Positions 1 to 10,043 of a stretch of 64,000 bases of DNA are shown piece by piece (position 1 is the first letter of the stretch; each line of letters begins with the position of its first letter). The translations under genes and the position numbers were made by a program. Source of the stretch: an uncultured Candidatus Bathyarchaeia archaeon (GTDB lineage: Archaea; Thermoproteota; Bathyarchaeia; 40CM-2-53-6; DTGE01). The stretch spans positions 1,483 to 65,482 of the forward strand of contig CAZAXO010000001.1 in the NCBI GenBank assembly GCA_964489085.1, in the 5' to 3' direction. The notes beneath the pieces were generated by a model. That model was not told where the DNA came from. It made no database searches and saw nothing but the letters and a program-made list of their open reading frames with translations.

Positions 1-196
1 ATTCTTTCTAGAAGTTAAACCATTCATTTATTTTCACCTTTCTTATAAAAAAATTATGTTATATTATAATTATCTAAAAAATTTAAAACTTTAAATTTTT
101 TTATCTAACATCGTAATTATACTATACCTAATATAATATAATTTAGGTTTTAATATATAAACAATAATAAAAAAAGAAAAAGAAGAAATTCTAAAA

Positions 197-838
197 CTAC
201 GCAATACTTTCTATACTCAAATATACGGAATAATCTTTAGTTGTCTTAACGGTTTCGAAAACAATAGAGTCAATAGAACCCAAATCCATATCGTAAAATA
301 ATTCGTTTTCAACCTCAGTTTCTCCATCTACATTCAAATTATATCTATTATTTCTTGCATCAAATGTTATTTGTATCTCATACCAATTCTCCTTATTATA
401 TCTTTCTAACGTTCTCCAAATATCGTCATTACTATCTTCATCTAAATACTGAATTTTATTCCAGTTATAAACCCTTATTTTAGTCATATATTTAGATAAA
501 GACTTTATACCAACATTAAAACATCTCTTATTATTATCAGACATATAAATGGAAAATTTAATAGTACCAGTAATTAAATCATCCACAGGATAAACTATCT
601 TTGCAGTTCCTTTAGTAGATTCATCCGTAAACTTTATAACATTAGATTTCCCTTCAAACGAAACAATCTCAGAAACATTACAGTTGTCATCGATATAACT
701 ACTATATGTAACATCATCTGTAACACTAAATAAATTAGAAAAATCGAATATGTTACCCATTTGAACAATTAGAGTAAAACCAGATATCAGAACAAGAATA
801 ATTAACAAAAAAATAACGTAAAAATTATTCTTCTTCAT
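197..838 (-). CDS. secreted or membrane-anchored protein of unknown function
   Basis: 213-aa ORF with hydrophobic N-terminus (FYVIFLLIILVLISGFTLIV). It is the first of four consecutive surface-protein-like genes. Confidence 0.45.
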   Translation of the reverse strand: MKKNNFYVIFLLIILVLISGFTLIVQMGNIFDFSNLFSVTDDVTYSSYIDDNCNVSEIVSFEGKSNVIKFTDESTKGTAKIVYPVDDLITGTIKFSIYMSDNNKRCFNVGIKSLSKYMTKIRVYNWNKIQYLDEDSNDDIWRTLERYNKENWYEIQITFDARNNRYNLNVDGETEVENELFYDMDLGSIDSIVFETVKTTKDYSVYLSIESIA

Positions 839-840
839 TT

Positions 841-1965
841 TTACTTCTTTCTCCTAACTACAATATATACAACAACAACTACACCTATACCTATAGATAT
901 AATGGAAATACCAATCGTTATAGTTGTCGAATATGATTCATCCGTTTGACTGGCATCTTCCTCCTGTACACCAGTCGGCGGAGCGTATATAACGTTATCA
1001 TCGGATATTTCTGGTGGTTCCTCGTAGTCGTCATACCAGTCAGGATCTTGGTAATTTGGTACACCATCGTTATCACTATCTGCAAATGGATCGTTTTCAT
1101 ATGTACCAACAGGAGGTGGAGGTATATCACCCCATGCTTCATCTGGCTCAGAAGAAACAATATCTTCTGTAACATCTTGTTTAGCTTTAATTTCAAATGT
1201 AACAGTCTGGTATGGACTCCAATCACCACGATTATCTCTAACCCTAAACTTCGATATGTGAGTACCAATAGCAAATTCATCTAGACTAATAGATACTTTT
1301 GCCTCATTAATCACATTGTCATTTATAACCCATTGATATTTAGAAATAGTACCATCAGAATCACTACCCGTACCAACAAATTGTGCATCAGAAGATACTC
1401 CCTGATAATATATACTATTCGATTTAGGTGTAACAATAGAAGCAACCGGTTTTACATTTGGTGCTAAAACAATTACATTTACTTTATGTACCGCACTCCA
1501 TGCGCCATCATCGTCTTTTACTTTAAATACAATATTATGAGTCCCTTCCACTAAATCAGATTTGGAAAACTGTTTAAGATTTCCAATAATACCCTGAATA
1601 CTACTTGTCCATCTGTATTCTTTAATGTATCCATCAGAATCTCCACCTCTACCTATAAACGTAACACTCGATCCAACCGTGATTGTTGTTGGTGTAACAG
1701 ATAATATAACACATGTCGGTGCTTGATTAGGTGGCGGGGTAGGAGGAGGAGGGGGGATATAAATCGGCGATGGCGATGGAGTTACAACTACAGGTTCTTC
1801 CACTGGTTCTGGTTCTGGAGTATAAGATATACCACCTCCTTCACTGTCTGGAGTGAACATCCATAATCCAGAATATCTACCTACCGAGAATATTGTAACT
1901 CCAGCAATAGCAATTACTACTATTATAATTACTCCATATATTATTTGTTTTTTATTTATATTCAT
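841..1965 (-). CDS. surface protein with two PKD-like domains, Pro-rich linker and C-terminal TM anchor
   Basis: N-terminal TM segment and a PSPSPIYIPPPPPTPPP linker. Two internal repeats carry DSDGxIxxYxW (PKD-domain-like) motifs. C-terminal hydrophobic stretch plus RRKK tail. Confidence 0.55.
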   Translation of the reverse strand: MNINKKQIIYGVIIIVVIAIAGVTIFSVGRYSGLWMFTPDSEGGGISYTPEPEPVEEPVVVTPSPSPIYIPPPPPTPPPNQAPTCVILSVTPTTITVGSSVTFIGRGGDSDGYIKEYRWTSSIQGIIGNLKQFSKSDLVEGTHNIVFKVKDDDGAWSAVHKVNVIVLAPNVKPVASIVTPKSNSIYYQGVSSDAQFVGTGSDSDGTISKYQWVINDNVINEAKVSISLDEFAIGTHISKFRVRDNRGDWSPYQTVTFEIKAKQDVTEDIVSSEPDEAWGDIPPPPVGTYENDPFADSDNDGVPNYQDPDWYDDYEEPPEISDDNVIYAPPTGVQEEDASQTDESYSTTITIGISIISIGIGVVVVVYIVVRRKK

Positions 1966-2038
1966 TTTCTTTTATCAGATTTATTTTTTATTAGATAACA
2001 TAAATATATGCTATGTTATCTAATAAAAAATAAAAAAA

Positions 2039-3424
2039 TTAACCTCGTTTTGTAATTTTTCTTATACTCATTAGTGGTATTGCAACTTTAATTACTACTA
2101 TTATCACGGCAACTATTATAACTATTGTTATTATAATTCCAAAAGCGTCTATAAATCCTGTTGCTATATCATCGAGTAAATCTGACCATATTCTTTCAAA
2201 TAATACATCTACATCAGTCTCTCCACCGACATTTGCATCCCAAATCCAATCCCCGTTTTCGACGTATGGATCATCTAAATCACTTCCACCCTGTTGATTA
2301 GTAATAGTAGCCGAACAAATAAAATTGACGTAAACCTTAAATTTCTGGTGTACAAAATAGTTATCGACGTGAACACTTGCTATTCTATTATCAATTTTAG
2401 TAATAGGACCTTCTTCCCATCCTATTCCAGCAGGTGAAATAAGTGGTACATCTTGGTAATCCCACCACAATCTACCATATCGTATATTTATTTCCTGTTT
2501 CGTTTCAGTGTATTCTGGTTTTAATCGTATTGGGACTGAGTACTTATTACTTCCTATAGACGCTAAATACGTACCAACTGGTTCAGCATTTATAGTATAT
2601 TGTTGTAACGTACTAGTATGCATTTGACCGAGACTCCACCCTAGATTTGCATCATTTATAGTACCCAACATTTCCATATGTTTATCTCCAACTAGGGTAG
2701 GATCTTGCTTTCCAATTTTAGTTGCAGTCACTGTTCCCTCCGTCGTAGATTGTTGAACGTATTTATCCTCGTAAGAACCAACCTGACCATGTCTAGTCTC
2801 TACTACTTCGATCCCCTTTATTTCTACATAAATCTTAGGTTCTTGTATTTGATACCCATTAAGAAGTATGTCTTGTCCACTCCAGTCTGGGACAATACTA
2901 ACTGAGACTGGTAAATATCCATCGTAATCGTGTTTTATAATACCACTATAATATACCGTATCATATGTAACCGAGTAAGATTTTAACTCTTCATCTAATC
3001 TGGCAGGGGGTGGAAAAATATTTTCGGCAGTAAATCTCCTAATTTCTAAGTACTTAGAACTAGATTCTCCTATTCTAAACCCAGACAATCCAGTCTCAGG
3101 TGTAACAGTCGTATAGGCATTAATCTGAAAAGTAAATATACCATCGGCTTTGAAAGCAATACGACTACTACTTTGAGTCAATATACCTTCATTTCTAAAA
3201 CTCTCAAGACTATGACCACCTTCAGAGAATCTAATTTGACCAGAACCATCAGAGGTAGTGTAATCAATGAAATTAGACACATCCACTTTAAGCCATGTAT
3301 TATCTACGTTGGCAGAATCCCAAATAGCCGTGGAAGGAGAAGTAGTAGCAGTAACAGTAGAAATACAAATATTTATAATAAGTAAGTTAAAGAAAAAAAA
3401 AATAAAAATTTTAGATTTTTTCAT
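2039..3424 (-). CDS. secreted/C-terminally anchored surface protein
   Basis: 461 aa. Signal-peptide-like N-terminus (IFIFFFFNLLIINICISTVTA) and a C-terminal TM (IIITIVIIVAVIIVVIKVAIPL). Confidence 0.5.
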   Translation of the reverse strand: MKKSKIFIFFFFNLLIINICISTVTATTSPSTAIWDSANVDNTWLKVDVSNFIDYTTSDGSGQIRFSEGGHSLESFRNEGILTQSSSRIAFKADGIFTFQINAYTTVTPETGLSGFRIGESSSKYLEIRRFTAENIFPPPARLDEELKSYSVTYDTVYYSGIIKHDYDGYLPVSVSIVPDWSGQDILLNGYQIQEPKIYVEIKGIEVVETRHGQVGSYEDKYVQQSTTEGTVTATKIGKQDPTLVGDKHMEMLGTINDANLGWSLGQMHTSTLQQYTINAEPVGTYLASIGSNKYSVPIRLKPEYTETKQEINIRYGRLWWDYQDVPLISPAGIGWEEGPITKIDNRIASVHVDNYFVHQKFKVYVNFICSATITNQQGGSDLDDPYVENGDWIWDANVGGETDVDVLFERIWSDLLDDIATGFIDAFGIIITIVIIVAVIIVVIKVAIPLMSIRKITKRG

Positions 3425-3436
3425 AATACCACCAAA

Positions 3437-4465
3437 TTACGCAGCAATATCCGAGTATTTAGTAAAAAGTCCTAAGTTATCGTCGTCTTGTGGGACGACA
3501 ATTCTCCCACTGTCAACATCCGAAATTGATATATTAGTACCAAACTCCATTTCAAATGGAAGGGTGTAATCGTTATATTTGAACTGAATGACCTGAGTAA
3601 ATACAAAGTAGATCTTATCACCAGAAATAATTACTTCAACTGGATAATCTGTGTAGAAATCAGTAATACTACAGTTAACTTGGTTAACGTTACCGTCCGT
3701 AGTGCTTACGGTATCGTTAAAATCGATCATTAATGCAAAAGCATTAGTAATTCGTTCCAATGTGTCATCGTATTTCTTTTGAGTGTCTACTGCTGGATCG
3801 TATGTTGGCGCTTGACAACGCCAAAATCGTTCGTCGTATAATTCTCGTAACTCCGTAGCATCCATATCATTTACGTCAGATTGCTCAATGTCCCAACCAC
3901 CACTTCCGGCATGAGCATTAGTCGTAGTGCTTTGTGGAACACTCATAATAAACGTAAAATTACCATTAGTCTGATAACTACCCATAGTAACTTCGTCGTT
4001 TGTGCTGGTTAACATATTAAAATTTAGGTCAGACGATTGATGGTAAACGTAAATAGTGTATTGCCCGTTTCCACTAAACAAGTGAAAGTTATTGGCAAAT
4101 ACCGTATCTCCGTCTGGGTCAATTTCGACCCAGAAGTAGGAATGTGCCGAAAGATCCTCAGAAACATCCTCCGCGTCGTCGGACGCCACCTCTTCTTCGA
4201 AATTCGTAGACAAATATGTTACATCTTCGAATTCCTCAATAGAGTCAGACTCTTCTGGTACCCATATAGAAATGGGTACAAAATCCGATACGTCTTCTCC
4301 GTCAACATAGGAAATAACCGTAAACGTAGAAGTTGTCGGAGTAGTAGTCGTTGTAGGTGCAGCAGCCCATAAACCAGCCATATTACCAACAAGGAAAAAC
4401 ACCAACATCCCAGAAACAGCCACAATGATAACAAGGAGTATTGCTTGCGATTTTTTTAATCTCAT
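3437..4465 (-). CDS. secreted protein with Thr-rich linker
   Basis: 342 aa. N-terminal TM/signal, then a TTTTTPTTST tract and acidic segments. Confidence 0.5.
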   Translation of the reverse strand: MRLKKSQAILLVIIVAVSGMLVFFLVGNMAGLWAAAPTTTTTPTTSTFTVISYVDGEDVSDFVPISIWVPEESDSIEEFEDVTYLSTNFEEEVASDDAEDVSEDLSAHSYFWVEIDPDGDTVFANNFHLFSGNGQYTIYVYHQSSDLNFNMLTSTNDEVTMGSYQTNGNFTFIMSVPQSTTTNAHAGSGGWDIEQSDVNDMDATELRELYDERFWRCQAPTYDPAVDTQKKYDDTLERITNAFALMIDFNDTVSTTDGNVNQVNCSITDFYTDYPVEVIISGDKIYFVFTQVIQFKYNDYTLPFEMEFGTNISISDVDSGRIVVPQDDDNLGLFTKYSDIAA

Positions 4466-4768
4466 AATATTTTTTAATTCTCCATATTTTTTACGTTAGA
4501 TCTTTAATATAATTTAAACAGGTATAATATATAAATCTAATTAAAATCGCGATGTAAACACAGAATATAATATAGTAACATAAACTTATTATAAGTCAAA
4601 AATACAATATATGGAGTTTAGCATTTTTAGGAATAAATTATAATATGCTTTAAATCCGAAGAAAAAATCAAAAAATAAAGTACATTAAAATCATATAATT
4701 TGATTTGAAAAAATCAATATAAAAATATAAAATAGAATAAAGAAAAAGAAAAAAAAATAGTTTTTAAA

Positions 4769-5062
4769 TTATAGATTTTCCATTTTTTCAAATAGTTGTT
4801 GTTGTATCTTCCTAAAATGTCTTACTCTAAAATTGTTATTGAATAGTTTTGCATCATCTATTAAACTATCTAACATTTCAAGAGATTCGATAATTCCTTG
4901 TTCGGTAGTTTTAGGTAATAAAGTACTTTCTATCATCGCTTCTTCGGTTCCGCAGTTTGGACATATTTTGGATTTACCGTCCATTCTACTCAATGCTGAT
5001 CGCGCTACATAACTATTTTTACATCTTGGACATATTTTAGGTTGTTCTTTAATTTCCATCAT
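4769..5062 (-). CDS. zinc-ribbon protein (CxxC...CxxC)
   Basis: 97 aa with a CPRCKNSY...CPNCGTEE zinc ribbon. A TFS/RpoM-like ribbon is possible but not established. Confidence 0.4.
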   Translation of the reverse strand: MMEIKEQPKICPRCKNSYVARSALSRMDGKSKICPNCGTEEAMIESTLLPKTTEQGIIESLEMLDSLIDDAKLFNNNFRVRHFRKIQQQLFEKMENL

Positions 5063-5321
5063 TCTTTTTTACCTCAATATATTCTTTTGATATTAATATT
5101 ACTACTGATGTAAGTTTTCTCTTCAAAACGGAACTGAAATAGCCATCAACATTTTCATCAAATTCTGTAGGAACTGTAAAGAATACCTCAATTTTACACA
5201 AATTCTTTTTTACAAACTTCCCTTGTTCAAAATACTCCTTCTCACATTCTTCGAAAAAGATTCCATTACATCCTTCGAACAATCCACTATTCACTTTAAT
5301 TTTTTGACCGTACTGAAGCAT
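5049..5321 (-). CDS. hypothetical protein
   Basis: 90-aa ORF lying tail-to-head in the minus-strand array. Confidence 0.3.
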   Translation of the reverse strand: MLQYGQKIKVNSGLFEGCNGIFFEECEKEYFEQGKFVKKNLCKIEVFFTVPTEFDENVDGYFSSVLKRKLTSVVILISKEYIEVKKNDGN

Positions 5322-5335
5322 AGCTTTTTATCACC

Positions 5336-5590
5336 TCAAAACTTATAAGGCCTGTGATATTCTTCTTTATATTTTTCATCAGTAAATAGTTTCTTCGATG
5401 GTCTAATATCGCGTTTATGTATTCTTGCAACACTTCCAGGTATATATAGATTAAACTCCGTATCTTCTTCTAAAGTGTCTAAGAAATCTGTCAAAGAATT
5501 TAAACCCAGAAATTTAAGAATTTCTCCATTCTTCTGTTCTATAAAATATATCATCTGATTTTCCATGATAAATTCAGGATTTAATACCAT
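5336..5590 (-). CDS. hypothetical protein
   Basis: 84-aa ORF in the gene array. Confidence 0.3.
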   Translation of the reverse strand: MVLNPEFIMENQMIYFIEQKNGEILKFLGLNSLTDFLDTLEEDTEFNLYIPGSVARIHKRDIRPSKKLFTDEKYKEEYHRPYKF

Positions 5591-5592
5591 TT

Positions 5593-5883
5593 TTATTTAC
5601 ACCTACCTATATACCTATTTTTATTTACTATTTCTTTTCTACGACCCATAGGAGTACTAACTGATATGAGTTCTTCGAATTCTTGTTCATCCATATCAAA
5701 AATTATATGTTGTACAGGAAAACTGTCATCCCCTAGAGCTATTTGAATGGATCTTAGTTTTTCAGAGTTCATAAGTCTAGGCATTCTGTTCCTCATAACT
5801 CTGAATCTATCTTCGTCATCAAAACTGGGATCTCTTCTTGTGTAATAATTCCATATCTCAAGTAATCTAACTTTCGATACCAT
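5593..5883 (-). CDS. hypothetical protein
   Basis: 96-aa ORF, 3 nt from its neighbour. Confidence 0.3.
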   Translation of the reverse strand: MVSKVRLLEIWNYYTRRDPSFDDEDRFRVMRNRMPRLMNSEKLRSIQIALGDDSFPVQHIIFDMDEQEFEELISVSTPMGRRKEIVNKNRYIGRCK

Positions 5884-5887
5884 TTTC

Positions 5888-6394
5888 TCACCCGTTTATA
5901 TTTGAGTTATCTAACTCAGTGACTTCCTGCCAAGTGTCCATTATTTTCGGTTCGTCAGAACATTGATCTTCAAACTCAGAAAATAGTGCCCATGAGTATC
6001 GTACTATATACATCTCAAGTTTCTTGTGAACTAATCTATGAACTCTGTATCCACTGAAGTAATCTCCTCCGTTAAAATGCTTACCTGTTTCTTTAGGGAC
6101 TTCTGTTATTATAGACTCTAGTTCTTCGAAAAATGATTCCCTTAATTTGAGAGATTGAAATCGTCCAAACGGAAGGGCAAACATATATTTTCCTTTCTCA
6201 TCATATATCTTGTAATATGAATAGTAGTCTTGAGCATCGGAACATTGATTATATCGTACATTCTGAATAATAATACATTTTCTTAAATCCCAGTTAAGTA
6301 CCAAACTAAGTCGTTTTAATTCATCTATTGCCTTATCGGAATCAAAAGACTCTGTACTCAGTTCCCAAATTCTGTCCAGTATATTTTTATCCAT
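5888..6394 (-). CDS. hypothetical protein
   Basis: 168-aa ORF. Confidence 0.35.
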   Translation of the reverse strand: MDKNILDRIWELSTESFDSDKAIDELKRLSLVLNWDLRKCIIIQNVRYNQCSDAQDYYSYYKIYDEKGKYMFALPFGRFQSLKLRESFFEELESIITEVPKETGKHFNGGDYFSGYRVHRLVHKKLEMYIVRYSWALFSEFEDQCSDEPKIMDTWQEVTELDNSNING

Positions 6395-6395
6395 T

Positions 6396-6677
6396 TTAAT
6401 TTCTCACCTCCTTATTTTTTTCTTTTATTATAATAGAAATTAAATAGCTATTCTTATCTAAAGTATCAAAGATTTTTGATACATATTCTCTGTAGAATAG
6501 TTCATCTGAATTTGAAGTCTGGACTGCAACATCTTTGATTTTATTTTTTAGTTCCTTTAGTGCCTCTATTTTATCCAGTATATCAATATCATTATTAGAC
6601 GAATTTACGTAATCTACAGAGAGTCGTTTAATACATCCATTGATCTTATTTAATAACTCATTAATTCTTTTTGACAT
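6396..6677 (-). CDS. hypothetical coiled-coil protein
   Basis: 93-aa ORF with Lys/Glu-rich composition. Confidence 0.3.
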   Translation of the reverse strand: MSKRINELLNKINGCIKRLSVDYVNSSNNDIDILDKIEALKELKNKIKDVAVQTSNSDELFYREYVSKIFDTLDKNSYLISIIIKEKNKEVRN

Positions 6678-6697
6678 TATATATCACTTAAAAAAAA

Positions 6698-8248
6698 TTA
6701 TTTTTTAATGAAGTTACTAGCTTCTTTTTGAACTTTACTATATCTGTTATCTGACAACCATTCTCCAAATCTACCAATGGTACTTTCCATTATTTTATGG
6801 AATCTCTCATAAAATTCAAACTCGTGTTCATTAGAATTTTTGGATTCATCCGTGTGTGCATATTCGTGACACAAAAATCTATATATTTGAGCCATTGTAC
6901 TCTCGTAAATTTTGGCGTCCATAAAAAATTTCATGTTTATAGTAATATATGTACTACCGTCAGTCCATCCATTCAACTCTTTAGATGCTTTCATGAGTTT
7001 TAACTCTCTAACCGGTTGACCCTCAAAAACGTAATCATTCAAAAATTTTGCAGCATAAAACAATGTTCGCTTAACCTGAGATTTCAAATGTTTAAAAAGT
7101 TCATTTATATCAACCATTTTCTCACCCTTATCAGTCAAAACCTCAGCAGGCAACTCTTCCCGCATTGAGATTCTAAAAACTTCGTAACCTTCAGTACCAG
7201 CGATACGATTGATTGCTCGCTCAAACCTCTTATCTACGACTAAATATCCACGTCGTAAAGCCCTATCAGCGAGTTTAGAACCACCTTTAGCAAAATATAT
7301 ATCATCATAGGATTTAAGCACATTTATGCTAACCCTTTTTCCATTTGCCAAAAGAATAAGTTCTTTATCCTTTATAGTATCAAGCGAAATATCACCAGCC
7401 ATAAATTTGTCAACTATAATTTTAGCCAAATCTGGTCCGAACTTATTTCGTTTTTTGATATGACGTTCTTCTATTTCTTGAATAAATCTAATAAATCTCT
7501 TTTTTCTGTTCGATTCAACAAAATCGTTCCTAGCAAAATTGGTCTCTATCTTTTTCTTTACATTATAACTGACATTAAAAATACTATGAGAATCTTTAAC
7601 GTAAATTCCCATAGCATATAAACTACCACCGTAGGTACCACCGTAGGACGAATCCTTTAACTTAAATGCTTCAAAAATTTCATTTTGTTCAATTATTTTA
7701 TAATCGGGTTCAATCAACTTTTTATTTATAAACACTTTAGATTTTACCATATAAAAAGTCCTTTCCAATTGTCTACATATACCAGAGACCCTATACGACT
7801 CCATCCCGTCGTATAATTCGACATAGGAATTAGTTCCATCCACCTTCTTATCTAACTTATCTAAGGTATACGATAGACCGTTCTTTCTCACATCAATCTC
7901 TATCTTGTTAAAAAGAGATTCTATTGTAATCCTACCATACTGCATCATCTGAAGAATCCCAATGCCAAAGAAACCTATTTTGGTTTCATCGTCCCTTTTA
8001 GTAGAATCACCAATAGTTTCGAATTCGTTACGTATAATCTCTTCGGTCATACCAGAGCCATCATCTATTACCGATATGTAATCTTTGGTAATAGTGATAT
8101 TAATATTAGCTGAATCGGCATCAATCGAATTTTGAACAACCTCAGAAATAGCCTTTCTAAGGTCTGTACCCTGATACTTCATCATCAGGGAAATTAATTC
8201 CTTTCCAGCCTTAAAGTCCCTTCTTTCCATTTTCTTGACAACCTCCAA
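6698..8248 (-). CDS. GHKL (Bergerat-fold) ATPase with C-terminal HExxH motif
   Basis: N-box EVVQNSIDA, G1 box IDDGSGM and G2 box GFFGIGIL near the N-terminus. C-terminal LCHEYAHTDE is a zincin-like HExxH. Confidence 0.5.
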   Translation of the reverse strand: MEVVKKMERRDFKAGKELISLMMKYQGTDLRKAISEVVQNSIDADSANINITITKDYISVIDDGSGMTEEIIRNEFETIGDSTKRDDETKIGFFGIGILQMMQYGRITIESLFNKIEIDVRKNGLSYTLDKLDKKVDGTNSYVELYDGMESYRVSGICRQLERTFYMVKSKVFINKKLIEPDYKIIEQNEIFEAFKLKDSSYGGTYGGSLYAMGIYVKDSHSIFNVSYNVKKKIETNFARNDFVESNRKKRFIRFIQEIEERHIKKRNKFGPDLAKIIVDKFMAGDISLDTIKDKELILLANGKRVSINVLKSYDDIYFAKGGSKLADRALRRGYLVVDKRFERAINRIAGTEGYEVFRISMREELPAEVLTDKGEKMVDINELFKHLKSQVKRTLFYAAKFLNDYVFEGQPVRELKLMKASKELNGWTDGSTYITINMKFFMDAKIYESTMAQIYRFLCHEYAHTDESKNSNEHEFEFYERFHKIMESTIGRFGEWLSDNRYSKVQKEASNFIKK

Positions 8249-8345
8249 AATGATTATTTATAATTATAATAATCATTTGGTATATTTAAATATTTGTATG
8301 ATAAATGGCTTGTTATAATATTAAAAATAGATTTTAAAAAAAAGT

Positions 8346-8825
8346 TTATATAGACGGACGGAAACATAGTACTTCAAAATCGTTCTGTAACATACCGAGT
8401 TTCTTTTCTAATGAGTCGTGAAACCCAAGTACAAAATGTTTTAACCTAATTGGATTAGTCTTTAAAAACCCAAGAGCACCGTAAATGAAATCCTGTAAAG
8501 ATATATTATATCCATATCCGTAATACAGTTCATATCCATTCGTAAGTTTTATCTTTACAGATGGTATAGTAAACGACGTCCTTTCCTCACCGTAATCTAC
8601 CTTTATCGATGATATAATCTCCTGAGTTTCCAAACAGTCATCTTTATCATTAAGAATAAGTACATCGTACCATTTATCTATCGTAGACTCTATTATTTCG
8701 ATAAAATACCCTTCATTTAATACTACATATAATCCATCGTCAGAAAGCATAACACAATTATATGTACTATTCAATTTAATAATTTCATCCTTCTTATCTT
8801 CAGAAGCCATGTTCAATATATACAC
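8346..8825 (-). CDS. hypothetical protein
   Basis: 159-aa ORF. Confidence 0.35.
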   Translation of the reverse strand: MYILNMASEDKKDEIIKLNSTYNCVMLSDDGLYVVLNEGYFIEIIESTIDKWYDVLILNDKDDCLETQEIISSIKVDYGEERTSFTIPSVKIKLTNGYELYYGYGYNISLQDFIYGALGFLKTNPIRLKHFVLGFHDSLEKKLGMLQNDFEVLCFRPSI

Positions 8826-9271
8826 CCAATTCTACCTGTAGTTATAGTTCTATGTTTGTAATAACACTCCTCCGATATTTCTGAGAAAAATAATATATCA
8901 ACCACCGATGAATAATCAGGATCAGTACACACTTCAGTCCACCAATCAATAGGATGAACCCCAACATAAGCAACACTACGAACCATATTATCTTCCATAA
9001 AAGAAATAAACCAATACCTATTCTCTTCCTGAGGTCTCTCATCGCCAATCCTCCTAAGATTATAAATAAATTTAGATATGGATTGTTCTACCTTTATCAT
9101 TTTTTTAGTATCAAGACAATATTCCTTAATATTTGTATATTTATTTATAATCTTTCGTAAATCTATTTTTAGGTTCTTTATGTCTTTGTTTTCAATTTTT
9201 ATTTTTATTACCTCCTTTATTTTTAGATTTATGGAAATTACAGGTATCGGCAAATGTGTGTGTTTGCTCAC
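8813..9271 (-). CDS. hypothetical protein
   Basis: 152-aa ORF overlapping its neighbour by 13 nt. Confidence 0.35.
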   Translation of the reverse strand: MSKHTHLPIPVISINLKIKEVIKIKIENKDIKNLKIDLRKIINKYTNIKEYCLDTKKMIKVEQSISKFIYNLRRIGDERPQEENRYWFISFMEDNMVRSVAYVGVHPIDWWTEVCTDPDYSSVVDILFFSEISEECYYKHRTITTGRIGCIY

Positions 9272-9425
9272 CTATAATTTTTATAAGTTCTGGTTCTGTA
9301 CAGTTACCAAACATACCGTCAAAAAATGCGGTTATTTGTTTCCAGAACTTACAATTAAAACATAGTTTTCTTCCTTTGGTATACTCCTTCATAAAATCTA
9401 GCATACCTTTAGACATTTTACCCAT
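9192..9425 (-). CDS. small Cys-rich protein
   Basis: 77 aa with CFNC...C...C cysteines. It overlaps the end of 8813..9271, so one of the two may be mis-called. Confidence 0.25.
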   Translation of the reverse strand: MGKMSKGMLDFMKEYTKGRKLCFNCKFWKQITAFFDGMFGNCTEPELIKIIGEQTHTFADTCNFHKSKNKGGNKNKN

Positions 9426-9464
9426 ATTTTTAAACCTCTATTTCAAAAAATTTTTATAAGTTTT

Positions 9465-9662
9465 TTATTTTTCTAACCATCCATTATATTCTTCTAACAT
9501 ATCTTCAATAATTCTTTTATAATGAGTACAAATTTCATTTAAGAAATCTTCCTTATTTTTTTCATCGATTATTATGTAATGTCTATAGAAACCCTCGTCA
9601 TATTTAGAGGAAGGGCTTTCACATTCAGCTAAATCATCTAAGTGAAGTATTAATTTACCCAT
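9465..9662 (-). CDS. hypothetical small protein
   Basis: 65-aa ORF. Confidence 0.3.
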   Translation of the reverse strand: MGKLILHLDDLAECESPSSKYDEGFYRHYIIIDEKNKEDFLNEICTHYKRIIEDMLEEYNGWLEK

Positions 9663-9665
9663 TTT

Positions 9666-10043
9666 TTAAACCTCTTTTAATATTTGTCTTAAATTCATAA
9701 TAACATATTTACATGCGTAAAGACATCCGTAATAATATATATCTTTCCACTTGTTCTTACTCTTTCTTACTTTTTTTGTATAACTTTTAAATCTATTAAA
9801 TAGATCATCGATAAAAATATCGAGTGGTTTTTTATCGGTCTCATTGGTAAATCTGCGTAATGTATATATTATACCATCCTTCATTTCTTTTGGTACTTCT
9901 ACAAACTTATCGAAAATGAGTTGATATTTGCTACTATCGTAAAACATAATTTCGTTAGTTATCTTGGTATTAATAGTTTCTTTTAGTTTCTTTTTTATTT
10001 CTTTTAAGGCTTCTATGAGTTTCATGTTGTCACCTTTGTACAT
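9666..10043 (-). CDS. hypothetical protein
   Basis: 125-aa ORF. Confidence 0.35.
   Translation of the reverse strand: MYKGDNMKLIEALKEIKKKLKETINTKITNEIMFYDSSKYQLIFDKFVEVPKEMKDGIIYTLRRFTNETDKKPLDIFIDDLFNRFKSYTKKVRKSKNKWKDIYYYGCLYACKYVIMNLRQILKEV

Noticed and set aside
918-1284. ORFs 918..1280 (-) and 946..1284 (+) inside and antisense to the PKD-domain surface-protein gene
   Set aside because: They are wholly contained within the longer 841..1965 ORF and are low-complexity. They are shadow ORFs.
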